Source: Phoronis australis
Taxonomy: Eukaryota; Animalia; Phoronida
Direction: 5' to 3'
Length of the DNA: 38,796 bases
Assembly (NCBI GenBank): GCA_002633005.1
Contig: NMRA01000356.1
Span: forward strand, 1-38,796
Both the position numbers and the translations under genes were made by a program. Below the pieces are notes generated by a model. The model was not told the DNA's origin. It made no database searches and saw nothing but the letters and a program-made list of their open reading frames with translations. The first letter of the stretch is position 1; each line of letters starts with the position of its first letter. Below, one piece after another: positions 1 to 13,561 of this stretch.

Positions 1-2695
1 CTAGTAAATGAAAGCAAACGACGACGGAACTTAACATAACCGAGGTAGAACAATGACTGACTCGGCAGCTCTCACAATCAGACTATATGAAAAGAAATTG
101 GCGCGAAATGCTTGCCTCCTAAAACGTCACTTCTGCAGTAGCGGACGAGTAATTAATAAAATTACGAAAAGCTGTAATTAAGTGGAACATATGTCCAGGA
201 TAACCAACCAACCTTATTTTAGCTCAAAACGACATGGAAAAAGGTTGTCTTCGCCTTTAAGATCATCGAGAAAATGTTTAGATTATGCTCTTTCCTGCCG
301 CGTTAAATACTCACACATTTCAGATCCCAAAATGGACTTCGTTCATGCAGGTACGGCGTTACTGTTCTTCACGACCGCCATTGAAAGCCTCTGGAGCGCA
401 AGTCAAGTTCCCGACGTGAAAGTTGAATTAGTGCTCTCTAACTGACACGTGCATTCGAGTAGCTAAGTTTGCGATTTGAAAAGGGAGAAAACGCCCGTTG
501 AAAAAGTATCCGGGATTTTGCTAGGTCTGACCTGCTACTGGCTGGCATCAAAGTCGTTAAAGATTCAAACTAATTACGAGGGCAAATTCCCTCCGCTTTT
601 TGTTCGCAGCCCAAATTTTGCAACTTAACTCATGTTTGAAAAACGTCTGCGAAAAAAAATCCGTGAAACGATGCTTTAACCGAATAAACAATTCAGTGCA
701 AATTTCATAACAAAAATGTGGTACTTATGCTGTTTACGTACTCAACAATTAGTTTTCCATGAAGTGAATAGCCTCCAAATAATTCCCAACTCCCTCCGTG
801 CGAGTTTCCATCTGGTAAGGGCAAGGTACGCGAAAAATAGGTCAGTCACAAAACGACACGCATGTCACTAGTGTTAATTTTCTTTCGGAGGTATAAAACA
901 AAGCCGGGATATGGTTTTTACATATTGAGAAGACGTTTTTTTGAACGGAATTTGTTGTATAAAATGAGAGTGACACACCATATAGGCTGTGAGTCAATTT
1001 TAAACCACGCGCGGTCGTTTGTAGTGCGATATGATGGGCGCTAGCCTAAATTGTAGGCGGAAATTCTCAAAAGTTGAGGGGGAACGGTTAGCTGATCAGT
1101 GAGCGCTTATTGTGAAACACTTCAAAGGTAGGGAATAGGCTTGTGCGTTAGCATAGTCGTTAACCTGAGTGTTTGCGGTAATAAGATATTAAAAGACTAC
1201 AATGAAACGTCATAATAATACGATTTTGCGAGGCAAACTCCATCTAGTAGGGGTGACTTTCTGCATATCGTTACCACCTACACTGTACCATTTTTAGCCA
1301 CCCGGAATAATTTTGTTTTTAATTGCCCGCTTCAGCTGGAACATCATCGGATTGTTTCTATTGGAGTCTGAACATTTTTACGGCGGCAGTAGTCCGGGGA
1401 GCGAAAAGTTGCCGGAGAGGCGGCGNTACATGTATGCGCCCAATATACATGTACATGTACACGGCTCATACTGTGGCTTGTGCTGAATTATCGTCAGGGT
1501 GTTGCCACTTAGGAACAGTTGATCTTCCACAGACGCAATAGTTCATGCGCTACTGGAATAATTAAAACGCAAACAGAGGAGTGACCGGAGATGCCATATG
1601 CAAATCTACACCGAAACACACAGTGTTTTGCGGTATAATTCGCCCAGCACAGTATCGATTGCTGCAGACTTTTTAAAATTGAATTTGGCTATTACATGAG
1701 ATAAAAATGGCGTTAGGTTTGTGACAAAGCTGGCACGTGGTGACGCATTTGGGACGACTAGCGTCACTGATACTGTCAATTTTATTGAATATGTACATGT
1801 ACTGTACCACATTTTCAGATTGTGTGATTTAGTGCTTAGAATTTTAATGTACGGCCTGGGAGTTCCATTTCATTGACGTCATTTCCTTGACGAGCGCACT
1901 GTGCATTTAAATTTTAGGGGCGCGGGCATTTTACATAAAAAGGACCCACCTGAAACACACTTTCAAGTTATTGTCTTTAATGCATGTTATAATAACTCGA
2001 CTTGCCGTGCAATTATTTTAACGAGATAGCATACATGTATCGTGCACAAAAACGTAGATTCAACAGTTAAATCTCCTTGAAAATTCAACGAGGTAGCTAA
2101 CTCCTTATAACGAGACAGTAAGTTGCTATAAAGAGCCCATATAATCGAGTGAATGGCAAATACTACAATCGACGTGCTCGAAGAAAGCAGGGTCGTCTTT
2201 AATGAGCCCATAGATGTCCATGCCACTAAAAAAATTCGATCCAGTAACTTGCCATCTCTATTACTTCTCCTTGATGACACGGTGACCGCCTACACTGTAA
2301 CTGCTGAGTCTCTAGGTTCTAACACTGTCACTGGCTTCTTAAAGTGTGTCTATAGCCCCAAAACTCAACTAGTGTGTATCTTGGAACAAATATACACTAT
2401 AAGTGTTTAACCTTCGAGAAATGAAGCAACATTGCCAAGTTCAGCTGCTCGTGTAGGCGGCCGACCGAAAAGTTTGATACATAGTTTTAACCTTTCGACA
2501 TCACTTTTGGGCTTAGGGAATGCCCAAAAATGACGGGATATTCTTCTCGAGCTGCATGATGGCTGTCAGAATTACACACGCCATGTCAACACCGTGTCAC
2601 CACTCTTTTCACTCAATTTCTTGAGCTACAGATTAAAATAAGTTTTACACGTCAACGTTTTGTTTGCCAGGTAAAATGTCGGCTTGGGAACGCAA

Positions 2696-3266
2696 CTCGC
2701 TGGTTCCCTGCGTGCTTAGCCCAGCCAGCACGCAGGTATCACGTAGTGGCACGTGCTTTAGCATTGGTCGATGTAATCTTGGCAGTCATTGGTTAGGTTT
2801 ACAACACCGTGAAACAAATGGCGGACTGTGAACGATTTTTAGCCTTGTCGTTTCTGAAGTGATGTTTAATAGCCGCGTGCTTGAAGCACATACACTGTAC
2901 ATGCACAATAAACACATATTATGTGGCCGATTTAACCGGTGTGTTATTCATACTGTATAACGACACTATCGTAAACAAAAGTCATCGACAGTAGAAAGAT
3001 GTATTCCGAAAAGGCTCAATATTACAATTTCTAGGCTTCACATTTCCTGAACATAATTTTAAGCACCGATTTGTCTGTACAACGGACCACATTTACACTT
3101 CAGTCCATCAGTCATGCCAGTTTGTTTGCGCAAAGCGCTGCCTGTTGAGAATTCGACTAGCCAATCAGAAACGCCGGTGTAAAAAAATTTACAGAGGAAA
3201 TTTAAGTGATACCTGCGTGCTGGCGCGGCTACCGCCCCATCTAGCGGCACGCAGGGAACCAGCGAG
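2696..3266. mobile_element. MITE-like element with bipartite inverted ends
   Basis: Perfect 20-bp IR CTCGCTGGTTCCCTGCGTGC (2696-2715 / 3247-3266) plus a second 19-bp IR GCCAGCACGCAGGTATCAC (2724-2742 / 3206-3224). No TSD seen. Confidence 0.7.
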
Positions 3267-6200
3267 GGCCCAGGTACAGCGCACTAGAAACGATGGTTTT
3301 CATTGGCTGTCAGCTGGCAATTTTTAACCAGGAAGTTTGCTCTGCGCATGCTGACATCCGGTATTACGTTATCAGGTCCAATGAGCTATATCATTATATT
3401 TATCTCATTGATCAGGTCGCTAGGTGTCCCTAGAGTAAAAAGTTATTTTGCGACTGGGTCGCGTTTGAGGTTGGTGGGAACTCTCTGGTGAGGTAGTAGT
3501 CTCCTGCACAGACCCTCGAGGTTGGTTGGGGTCTGCTACAGCGCACTTTTCCATCTTGGAATATCATTGGCTGTTCCGATTTCAAGAAACAAGGCATTCC
3601 ATTGGTCAGTTGTATAATAGGTCAAACTAGTTCACCAACATGGCGACTTCTAGTGAAAGAATGTCGGTGGATTTACAGCTGTTTTAATCTCTGTTTTGAT
3701 CGAACTCCTGCATTTCAAAGCTAACGAGTCAAGGAATACATCACCAGTAAGGTATATACGAAACATTTTATGATAATTGTCCAGTATACTATTCTGGATT
3801 CTGAAGTAATGTGATTTTTTATGAAATAATTTGTGGAAGAAATAGGCATTACCTGCCATTACCATTACCCCATTAGGCTAGGGACGTGACAAAATTTTTT
3901 TTCAAAACTTACCATTAATTTTGATGTCATTAGAAAGCTCTCGTCAAGAGCTTTCCAAAGCTATCTTTTTTACATTTGTACCTAAAATACTTCCAGAGAT
4001 ATTGCATTGTAACGATCACTTTTGAAGCTACTAATTTTCCTATTGTTTTTGCCCAAAACATGACGCATTATATTAGTATTTTTTACAACATATAATCACA
4101 ACTTCGCCAGTTCTCAACTAATTTAAATGAAACTTTTTTTTTGTTTGAAAGATAATAATGTTTAGAATCTGGTTTGATAAACACCAAAACAATTCTCGAT
4201 TGGAATGATTAACTTATTGTAATTACGTTAATTAGTCAAGAGAAAATTCTCGCAATTCTTTCTCTAGATGTAACACTAATAGGATTCTAAAGCTACGGGA
4301 GCTTAATTAAGAGTAACAATACATAAAAATACAACCTTTTTGTTCATTATGCGCAGAAAATAAGTATTAATTAGTAATCAACTAATTACCAAAACGGACT
4401 TGAATAACCATAGTATCATCTTTATTGTNTTGCATTGTAACGATCACTTTTGAAGCTACTAATTTTCCTATTGTTTTTGCCCAAAACATGACGCATTATA
4501 TTAGTATTTTTTACAACATATAATCACAACTTCGCCAGTTCTCCACTAATTTAAATGAAACTTTTTTTTGTTTGAAAGATAATAATGTTTAGAATCTGGT
4601 TTGATAAACACCAAAACAATTCTCGATTGGAATGATTAACTTATTGTAATTACGTTAATAAGTCAAGAGAAAATTCTCGCAATTCTTTCTCTAGATGTAA
4701 CACTAATAGGATTCTAAAGCTACGGGAGCTTAATTAAGAGTAACAATTCATAAAAATACAACCTTTTTGTTAATTATACGCAGAAAATAAGTATTAATTA
4801 GTAATCAACTAATTACCAAAACGGACTTGAATAACCATAGTATCATCTTTATTGTAAGTACATGAACACTTTATATAACAAGAGCAATGCGGAACTGAAA
4901 AGCAAGTCAATGCTCTCCTCAATGTGAGCACACCACCCTTCATTACGATTCTAAACGTAGTTTGGAGCAGAGCGATGTGGGCAATGTATGAGACATTGTG
5001 TGATACCCAACAAAGCACAGACACTTCAAACACTGATGCACGCAGTAGAAGATGTGGATGAGTGTCCAATTTTGTAGAATGAGTGTGTTTTGATTTCAAA
5101 ACATTATTGATGTCAAAAGTGATGCAAAATTGACTTACAACTTTAAGAAAAAGAAAAAATATATACATAAATGTCAAATCCATCCGAAAATATGAAGGCG
5201 TCATTATCTCTTTCATAGAGCTTATATGCTGAATTTCGTGAAGATTCATCAAGGAACTCGCATGACACCGAGGCAATCGTAAGAAATAATAAAAACTTGC
5301 CACCGAGGCAATCGTAAAAAAATATAAAAAATTGTCACTACGGGTCACCACAGTAGTCGAACCTGCCCAGAAATCAGCGTCAGCTGTAGCCTTCTCATCA
5401 TTATGATCATTTGAGAAATTTTGCAAACAGGAAAGCCGATGTCACCAACGTACTCATTTTTTAAATTGCCAGTAGGTGGTGCAAAATATGCCATTATTTG
5501 ATAATGAAATAAACAAATAATAACGGTAATGATGAAATATTACCCTACTCATTTACACAAAAAAGTCTTGTAAAACAAGACTTGCCAAATTGTAATGGTA
5601 ACTGGCACACCGGAAGACCCGGGATTGTTTGTAAACTAGTAATTCATCAGCATATTCACAACGTAACAAAACATAGCATCCTCAACATAAGTACCCTACC
5701 AGCCCAATACGTGTTGTGACACTTTTTCTCAGCATAAAACTAAATCTTTATTAACAAAATCTGCAGCTAATTCATATTTATGTACATCATAGTCCAAAGC
5801 AGAGTCTTCATCTTTTTCTTCTTGCCAATAAGTTATAAATGTATTTTTGCTCTTCCAGGTACTGACGAGCTAAGCCAGGTTTATCAGAAACTAGCGACAG
5901 CTTTCTTTTCTTTTTTGGTGGCATCCTGAAAACAAAAAAAAATATTGAAATTTGTGATTCTGAATGTTTATACAATGTACCAAGGAAAGTCCTTTTTGCA
6001 AATGCAAAAGGTAATTGTACTCCACTGGCTGTGTATTAAAATGAACTAAAAATTGGCTAACAATAATGCACTTCATTTCAGCACTGAAAACACTTTGATG
6101 AAATGTTGTTTTGAAAAAATGACATCTAATATCAGTTATCAAAGAAGTTTGTTTCCATCTAAGTTTCTTGAGGTGAGATTGTAAAGAAACCACTTTTACC

Positions 6201-6852
6201 ATAAAAATATGTTGAAAACAAAGAACAAAATTTCAAATTGAAATTTATCAAGCAAGTTTGAAATAACAAGAACAATGAAAATGCATTGATGAAATCATTT
6301 CTTCTGTCAATATGAATATAAAGAATTTCAAAAATGTTCACAAAAGGCTAGCTCATCCAGCAATGTGCACTGTTTACATTCATCAGTCAGCTGTTCTTTG
6401 TTTGGCAGCCGCGGTTCATTTATTTAACAAATAAACCAATCACATTGTCAGAACCATGTCACGTGACCTGGCTTCCTGCGACAAAAATCAACAAGAATCA
6501 TTGTATTTAGACCACAAATAACAATTAATATCTCCAAATATAAATCTAACTTGTACTTGGCGAGTTTCAAAACGCAAAACAATTGCAGAAAAGGAACAGG
6601 TCATGAGAAAAAAAGATTCGTTTCAAGACCAAGCAAATTTCCGTTCATCCAACATGGCCGTAACACTACAAATCCGAGTACCTTAGTGGGGGATTGAAAA
6701 AAGCTATGAGGGCATCGATAGATTTTCATAAAAATCGGCACGTAGATTCATAAAGGGTTAAATTCATGCGATGTGATGTATTCATACAACAATGTAACTT
6801 ACCTGAAGAAATGCGATGACTTGACGATGAACAACAACTTTCCTACTCGAAC

Positions 6853-6949
6853 CACAGGCGTCCTCAGCTTCTGATCGTCCCCAATACACTACACTTAGTA
6901 GTATTATATGTAGTGTATTGGGGACGATCAGAAGCTGAGGACGCCTGTG
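6853..6949. mobile_element. 97-bp hairpin MITE with 8-bp TSD
   Basis: Perfect 41-bp TIRs (CACAGGCGTCCTCAGCTTCTGATCGTCCCCAATACACTACA), 15-nt loop, flanked by ACTCGAAC at 6845-6852 and 6950-6957. Confidence 0.93.
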
Positions 6950-7165
6950 ACTCGAACAGCATGGGAATGAAAACGTGAAAACAACTTATTTCATGACGTA
7001 TACATTCAGAAATCTGTGCTCTACGTCATCAAAACCTTCGGTGCTTTGTTCCTACAGTTTTTACGGAGAGCAAGTGGATTTTCGAGGGGTAGGTTGAAAC
7101 AATGGTTAATCAGTGGTGACCGCCATTATTGGAGAACCAATCAGCGATTAGATAAGATTATGTCA

Positions 7166-9408
7166 TAGCGGGAAAGGACTAGCTGAGTGCGTCGCGGCCA
7201 CGGGAGATTGTCTCGATCTTTTCAGAGCACACCCTCTCTTATGTTAACATGTTCATGTGCGTTATATAAGCTTCCGTGAATGCCGTGAAGGTTGAACTGG
7301 TGGGTCAGATAAGGATATAATACACTGTCACTGCCACAGTTGTCACTTCTAACAGAAGTTAGGAGCATAAAAATACAGTCAATGGTCCTAAACACACAAA
7401 CATTAATCACTCTAGCAAAAGTGTTATAATGACTGATTTTATAGCTTTTGGCGGTGCCATTCAGCAGTGCCTTTGACTGCCATCGTACAGTCATACGGAG
7501 TATTCAAATATTTCGGACGTTGTTTGTTGCTGTGAAATTATGATTATACCCATTCTTTTCTATAATCAGCAAGATAAAACCTCACCCTTTTGTGAGTTGG
7601 CACAGTGATTAAAACTGACCCATTTTGGTGAGAGCCTAAATGAAAGAGTCAACATTTCTGATAAAGTAATTACGCAAAGTTATTATTTACAGGGAATTGA
7701 ATTTCAGCAAGAATCTCTCTGGGCTGTATTCTTTTTAACACAACAAGCCTCAGTTGTATATGAAACCTTCAGTGGTTTTGGTGGAAAAATGGATCATTTT
7801 ATACAGTTCAAACCAAAAAGTAAATATTTTTGTGTGGAATTTGTTTGGAAATTCATGCTGACTTTTGTAATGCCCGAGTCACTGATCAGAGGGGCACATT
7901 TGGTCATATGCAATCTATACATGCGTCCTCTCTCTCCTGGACCTCGACTCGTCGACTGTTTCATTTTTTGCTTTCCACATTCACATAACATCAAGTGTTG
8001 CAGTTTGCAACAATCATCTATTAATTTCAGTCTAATTGCAAAACAATGTCTCGGAACCATTCTAAAACATTCCGAAACTACTAAGGTTCGCGGTAATCAA
8101 AGCATCCTGGAGTGACATTGTAACCAAGTGGATTTAAAAACTTGGTTCGTTGAAATGACTAGTTGCAAAAACATCTCACATTTCAAAATTGGGAGCTCAG
8201 GGTACTTCAAAGATTTTGAGTTGGGTCACTTAACGCGAATTGACGGTTTCGTGCGCGTTAGATGGGTTGGATTGTTATCCAGGCAATAGTCACTCACTGG
8301 CAATCCGCATTTTGAGAACAAGTTTTAATGTCTGCTATTCAGTGAAAAACAGGTTCCTGTTATGCAGTTGAAAACACTGCATGGTTCTCAAAGTGGGGGT
8401 CCCCTGTATGTGACTATTACCATTGTGTTTGCTCATTGTTTTGAACAACATGCTAGTGTGTCATTCTTGTGGTTAGGATCTACATAATACAGCAGTGATT
8501 TTAGTCAACATTTTGGTCTTTTCGAACAGTTTTTCAAAATTACAAATTTGACTCTTATTGAGGGGGCCTCCTCGTGGCAAGAGTTGGGCAGTGTGAATTG
8601 CTTCAGAACATTTGCACTGGCAAACACCCTCACATTGACATCATTAATGTGTTCCTAGAAATAGTATACCCATAAGCTACAAAACACACAACATGCCAAG
8701 AAATTTATCTAACCATTGGGAACTTTATTTTGCTGATGTATTGATTAGAAATGTGGTTTAGTTTAGCGATAGACTGAAGTACTAAGTCTGGGTATTAACA
8801 TAGCCCAGAGAGCTTTTTGCGGAAATTCAATTCCTTGTAAATAATAACTTTGCATAATTATTTTATCAGAAAAGTTGACTCTTCCATTGAGGCTCTCACC
8901 AAAATGGGTCAGTTTTAATCACTGTGCCAACTCAAAAAAGGGTGAGGTTTTATCTTGCTGACTATACAAAAGGGTGTGTATAATCCTAATTTCACAGCAA
9001 CAAAAACCCTCTGAAATAATTGAATACTCTGTACGACTGTAGGATGGCAGTCGGAGACAGAGGCACTGTTGAATGGCACCGACAAAAGCAATGTCAGTCA
9101 TTATAAAACTATTGCTAGACTGGTTAATGTTTGAGTGTTTAGGACCATTGACTGTATTTTTATGCTCCTAACTTCTGTGGGTAGTGACAAGTATGCCAGT
9201 GTACTATACATTACAATGACAATGTCATGAATAGCAGTATTTCAGCACATATCCTTATCTAACCCAATAATTCAACCTTCACGGTAATCACGGGAGCTTA
9301 CATAACGTACATGTCTACATGAACATGTTAACATACGAGACGGTGTGCCCTGAAAAGATCGAGGCAAGTCCCGTGGCCACGGCGCACTTAGCTACTCCTT
9401 TCCCGCTA
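7166..9408. mobile_element. Inner long-TIR non-autonomous element (arms ~7166-7725 and ~8802-9408), TAG...CTA termini
   Basis: TAGCGGGAAAGGA... / ...TCCTTTCCCGCTA. Imperfect inverted arms of ~560-600 bp with long identical blocks (e.g. GAGTTGGCACAGTGATTAAAACTGACCCATTTTGGTGAGAGCCT) and a ~1.1 kb spacer. No clear TSD. Confidence 0.8.
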
Positions 9409-10349
9409 TTCGGTGCTATAGTGTGCCTAAAATGGCTGTTGTTGTGAATGGCCTAATCAGCTAAATGGCTATCTCTTCCACAAATTATTTCGTAAAAAAT
9501 CACATCACTTCAGAGTACAGCATAGTATACAAGATAATAATTATCATTAAATGTTTCGTATACGTTACTGCTGAATTGATGTATTCCTTAACTCGTTAGC
9601 TTTGAAATGCGGAAGTTTGACGAGAACAGAGAGATTTAAACAGCTATAAATCCATCAAAATTCTTCCCTTACTGGATGTCGCCATGTTGGTGAACTAGTT
9701 TGACCTATAATTCAAATGACCAATAGAATGCCTTGTTTCGTGAAATCGGAATAGCCAATGACATTCCAAGAATGCATATGGAAAAGTGCGCTGTAGCAGA
9801 CCCCAACCAACCTCGAGGGTCTGTGCAGGAGACTAACAAGTCATCGGGAGGGCTGTTCTCAGTGAGTGGTCTTTTGAACTTGGATTTGGCAACAACCAAG
9901 CAATGGTCAGATTAACANTGACTTCTCTTTGTCGACTGTGTTGACTTTAAGGTCAATATCTTCGCACAGGAACGTCTAATCGAAATGGTTTTTTGGCAAA
10001 TTATTCATCATAAAAAGTTCTTTAAAATGATGTATTACATGTCTATTTACGTTTCTTAGTTTTGAAATAATAATATTTTGAACTCGCAGATTCAATTTGA
10101 CAGAATTTTTACCAAAAATTTGACACGAAAATGACATTTTCTCCGGAACCATAAGTCCAATTTAAAAAAATTTACTATCGTTATTTTAGTCTTGAAAAGA
10201 GCTTTCTAATGATGTATATTACATGCACATTTTCTAAAATTTTAGAAAAATGCTGTTCTCCCTACTAGAGGCCTAGCTAGTGAACCTGCAGTAATACAAC
10301 AATTATATCCGACTAGTGCCCAAAAACGCAAAATCGGCGCTTTTAAACC

Positions 10350-10386
10350 CACAGGCGTCCTCGGCTTCTGATCGTCCCCAATACAA
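10350..10386 (+). mobile_element. Solo terminus of the same family as the 6853-6949 MITE
   Basis: CACAGGCGTCCTCGGCTTCTGATCGTCCCCAATACA, one mismatch to the MITE TIR, followed by unrelated sequence. No partner end seen. Confidence 0.75.
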
Positions 10387-10978
10387 CCTAGCCAATGGCA
10401 AAACTACCACTTCCCTGCCGATGTTCGATCGATCGGAAAGCCAACATTAGATTCCGAAAACGAATTTCCTACGATTCGAAAAATGCGGTCCAAAATTACT
10501 GTCAACCAACTAGGTTTTTTGCAAATCAGGACTACCTGGCTGATGTTAATCTGTTCTCCGACCGATGTAAAATAAAGCATCTCGAATCTTGAAATCTATC
10601 TACCCAGCAATGCACAATTTCAACAGGGGGCCACCATCTTTAAGGACAGTGCAGCTGCAGCCAAGCAAGTGATCTTTTTTCATTCTCAGCATGTTCACAA
10701 GTACAAACAAACCACATTCTCTTGCCTCAACTACAACATCTAACTAAAAAATTCCCCCAATCCTGGCTTACCCCTACATTTTGATATTTTGGAACTGTAA
10801 ATTGGCCGCGGCCGCAGCGTACCTCATCTCACTCGTTCTAACTCCATTTTGGTTGTGTATAGCAGTCCTAACGAGTCCCGATCTATGATGAGTATGACAT
10901 TAGTAACACACTAGGTTTTGTTAGTGTTTAGAGCCTAGTAGGGCCTAAGTGAACAAAAGGTTGGTCTACTCCGGAACT

Positions 10979-11328
10979 GGGTTTTATCAACGAACCTATA
11001 CCTTTTTTTAACGACGATCTCTGGACTGGTTTGGGTTTTACCCAATATAAGCGCGTCACGACGCTGGGTTTTACCCGGTTACGGCGTGTCAAAAGGTGCT
11101 CCCTTCTGTCAAAACTAACTAAGATTAGAAATGATTTCATAGCTTGAGAAAAACTCCAGAGTGTAAATGGAGATGTATGTATGTAAAGTATGTATGCACG
11201 TACCAGGCTTATTAAGTAGGCCTACTGCAGTGGCCTGGACCTGGGGAATTTAATTCCAAATGAAGATGACAGAAGATGTATGTATAATTATGTAGCCGGT
11301 TGATATTGTACTGGCACTGGGGAATTCC
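10979..11328 (+). promoter_or_regulatory. Candidate TRAF promoter / non-coding first exon with Rel/NF-kB-like sites
   Basis: Local CpG enrichment at ~11010-11090. GGGTTTTATC (10979), GGGTTTTACCC twice (11033, 11066), GGGGAATTCC (11319-11328). Possible donor GTATGT at 11175 or 11188. Confidence 0.35.
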
Positions 11329-11940
11329 AAAAAGTTTTATTGATTTCCATCTCAAGTCATGCAGATCAAAATGTAATGAAACTGTTTTGGAAGAGCATAT
11401 CTGAGAAAAAAAGAACATACAGGTCCATGGCGACTTTTGAAAAGTGACTTAAACTAAAGGTAATTATATGTAGAATACATGGAACTTGTTGCTTAATTGT
11501 AACAGTTGATACCGGGATATTTTCAGATTTCTTTGACTTTTGATTTAGCTTATGAGCCTGCAGCCTGCGATGAAAACCAGAAAGCGCCCCTTTTTACGAA
11601 GAAGAGGGACCATGCAGATTCGTGCATAAAAGGAATGTATGTACCATATTACCCAGAATATAAGGCCATACGGCTTTGTAGGCCTAATAATTCATTTTTT
11701 TATAACACTTAATGCTAATAACCTATAACATAAGGCCACGACCATTATTTTGGATATCACTCATAAGGCGAGTATGTCTAGTACCATCAATGTCAATACG
11801 ACCGTCCCAACTGAAATGTTAGCTAAGAGGTTATGTTTGAATAAATAATATACAACCAACTCTGGAAGTTGATATCTCTTGTAGCCTTTGCTTGTATTTT
11901 GGTAGAAAATACTCTTCATTACCGACTGTCATGACCGAAA

Positions 11941-12236
11941 CCAGTTGTACAACAAATCCGTATAAAGGTGCACCAGTTATACAACAAATCCTTATAAAGG
12001 TGCACCAGTTATACGACAAATCTTTATAAAGGCGCACCAGTTATACGACAAATCCTTATAAAGGTGCACCAGTTATATGACAAATCCTTATAAAGGTGCA
12101 CCAGTTATACGTCAAATCCTTATAATGGTGCACCAGTTATATGACAAATCCTTATATAGGTGCACCAGTTATACGTCAAATCCTTATAATGGTGCACCAG
12201 TTATAGAACAAGCCCTTACAGAGGTGCACCAGTTAT
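11941..12236. repeat. 32-bp minisatellite, ~9 copies
   Basis: Unit GGTGCACCAGTTATACAACAAATCCTTATAAA with variants. Confidence 0.95.
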
Positions 12237-13561
12237 CTTGACCATGTAATTGCCTTTCATTTGGCATCATGAAACTTTGTTTCGGAAGTCTATCAGCATG
12301 CACTTCCAATATTTTCAATAATACATTTACACAATATATAATACACAGGTAAATCATGACTTCCACACTCTCCCTTTGACATGACATTGGGCATCTCAAT
12401 ACCAGTGGACAGTTACCATTTACTAATTTTTTTATTATAATCAATTTCAATGAAATGATTTTGATTTTTGTCTCGATCATCATTTTTCAACTTAGCTGTC
12501 AGGGTAACTATGAAACATTACCATACTTGTTTACATAAAAATAATCTAGCAAAATGAGACTTTTGTGAGTTTAGGTAAAATTATATCAGTTGACCATTTT
12601 ATTGAAAAATACCAATTTATTATGTCCAACGAAAATAGTAAAATTCGATTAGGATTTTGTCTACGTCTGGACTTTCACTGCACTGCATACTTTTAAGCGA
12701 TTTAACAACTTGTGAAATATTCCTGTTCAATGGTAACATATACTCTGTTGTAATTCCCCTCTACAGTTTTGCTTGGTTTGTGATGTCATAACCAACTGTA
12801 GTATCTGACATTTCATAATGAGCGTTAAGTAATGAACAAAAATTGCCAGAGTCCGTTTGGCATCTTATTTATTGCTGCTGTGACAACGCGTTTTGGTTGT
12901 GAAAGACGACTTGAAACACCTTGCCTAATTTGCAGGTGGTTGGAAATTCCTGCAAAAACCACAAACCTTTGTTTGGCTGGTAATTTTCACGCCTAATAAA
13001 ATACACATTGCCTGATGGGGTTAAGTTCCATTGCCAGACCAGGGGAATTACCATGTTTATTGCCCCTACATCCCAAATGGGTTATAAACTCTTGAAATTG
13101 CTGATGAAAGCGTGTCAAGTTTAATATTCCTCACATTATGATTTGATTTGCTTGATATCTCATGTATGCCACTTCAACCTACCATCGTCCGGTGTCAGGG
13201 GCTGGACTTTTCTGTATTAGTTGCGAAGAGTGTTTCCGGATGATATAAAGAACTAATTGACAGATTTCAGTGAAACTTGAGACAGGAATAAGTGATGGCA
13301 ATACTCTGGCACAAGTCAATTTTTGGGTGAATTCAACATTTGCAGCACCCCCTAGTGGCCGGTTTAGTCTAGACAGTTGGAGCCTTTTGGATTTACAAGA
13401 TATTTTCTTATGCCAGGCTGGTGATTTTGAACATGGCAAGAACTGAAGATTTCTTCATTTCAGTGTTTGACTGAGTTTGGAAAAGTAAATGAAAGAAACA
13501 GTATTATCTGTAGACAAGTATAGTCCTGCAACTGAGTGTCAGATAAACATTGATCAACATC

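Larger units (their letters stand above)
3497..9835. mobile_element. Outer long inverted-repeat pair (arms ~3497-3855 and ~9459-9835), TAG...CTA termini
   Basis: TAGTCTCCTGCACAGACCCTCGAGGTTGGTTGGGGTCTGCTACAGCGCAC... is the reverse complement of the sequence ending at 9835. Diverged similarity continues for ~360 bp. No clear TSD. Confidence 0.7.

Noticed and set aside
4002-4855. ~427-bp near-identical direct repeat (4002-4428 / 4430-4855), possible LTR pair or tandem duplication
   Set aside because: The copies are joined by a single N at 4429, the signature of overlapping contig ends or haplotypes in scaffolding. Probable artefact.
4809-5426. 205-aa minus-strand ORF
   Set aside because: Non-ATG start, no recognisable domain, lies in repeat-derived DNA. 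A decayed TE fragment cannot be excluded without a search.
10643-10823. Possible small element with degenerate inverted ends (AGGACAGTGCAGCTGCAGCCAA / TTGGCCGCGGCCGCAGCGTACCT)
   Set aside because: Match too degenerate and no paired TSD; cannot be supported without other genomic copies.
11941-12236. 32-bp repeats as a CRISPR-like array
   Set aside because: Units are head-to-tail with no unique spacers, the context is eukaryotic and there are no cas genes. The same applies to the other arrays.
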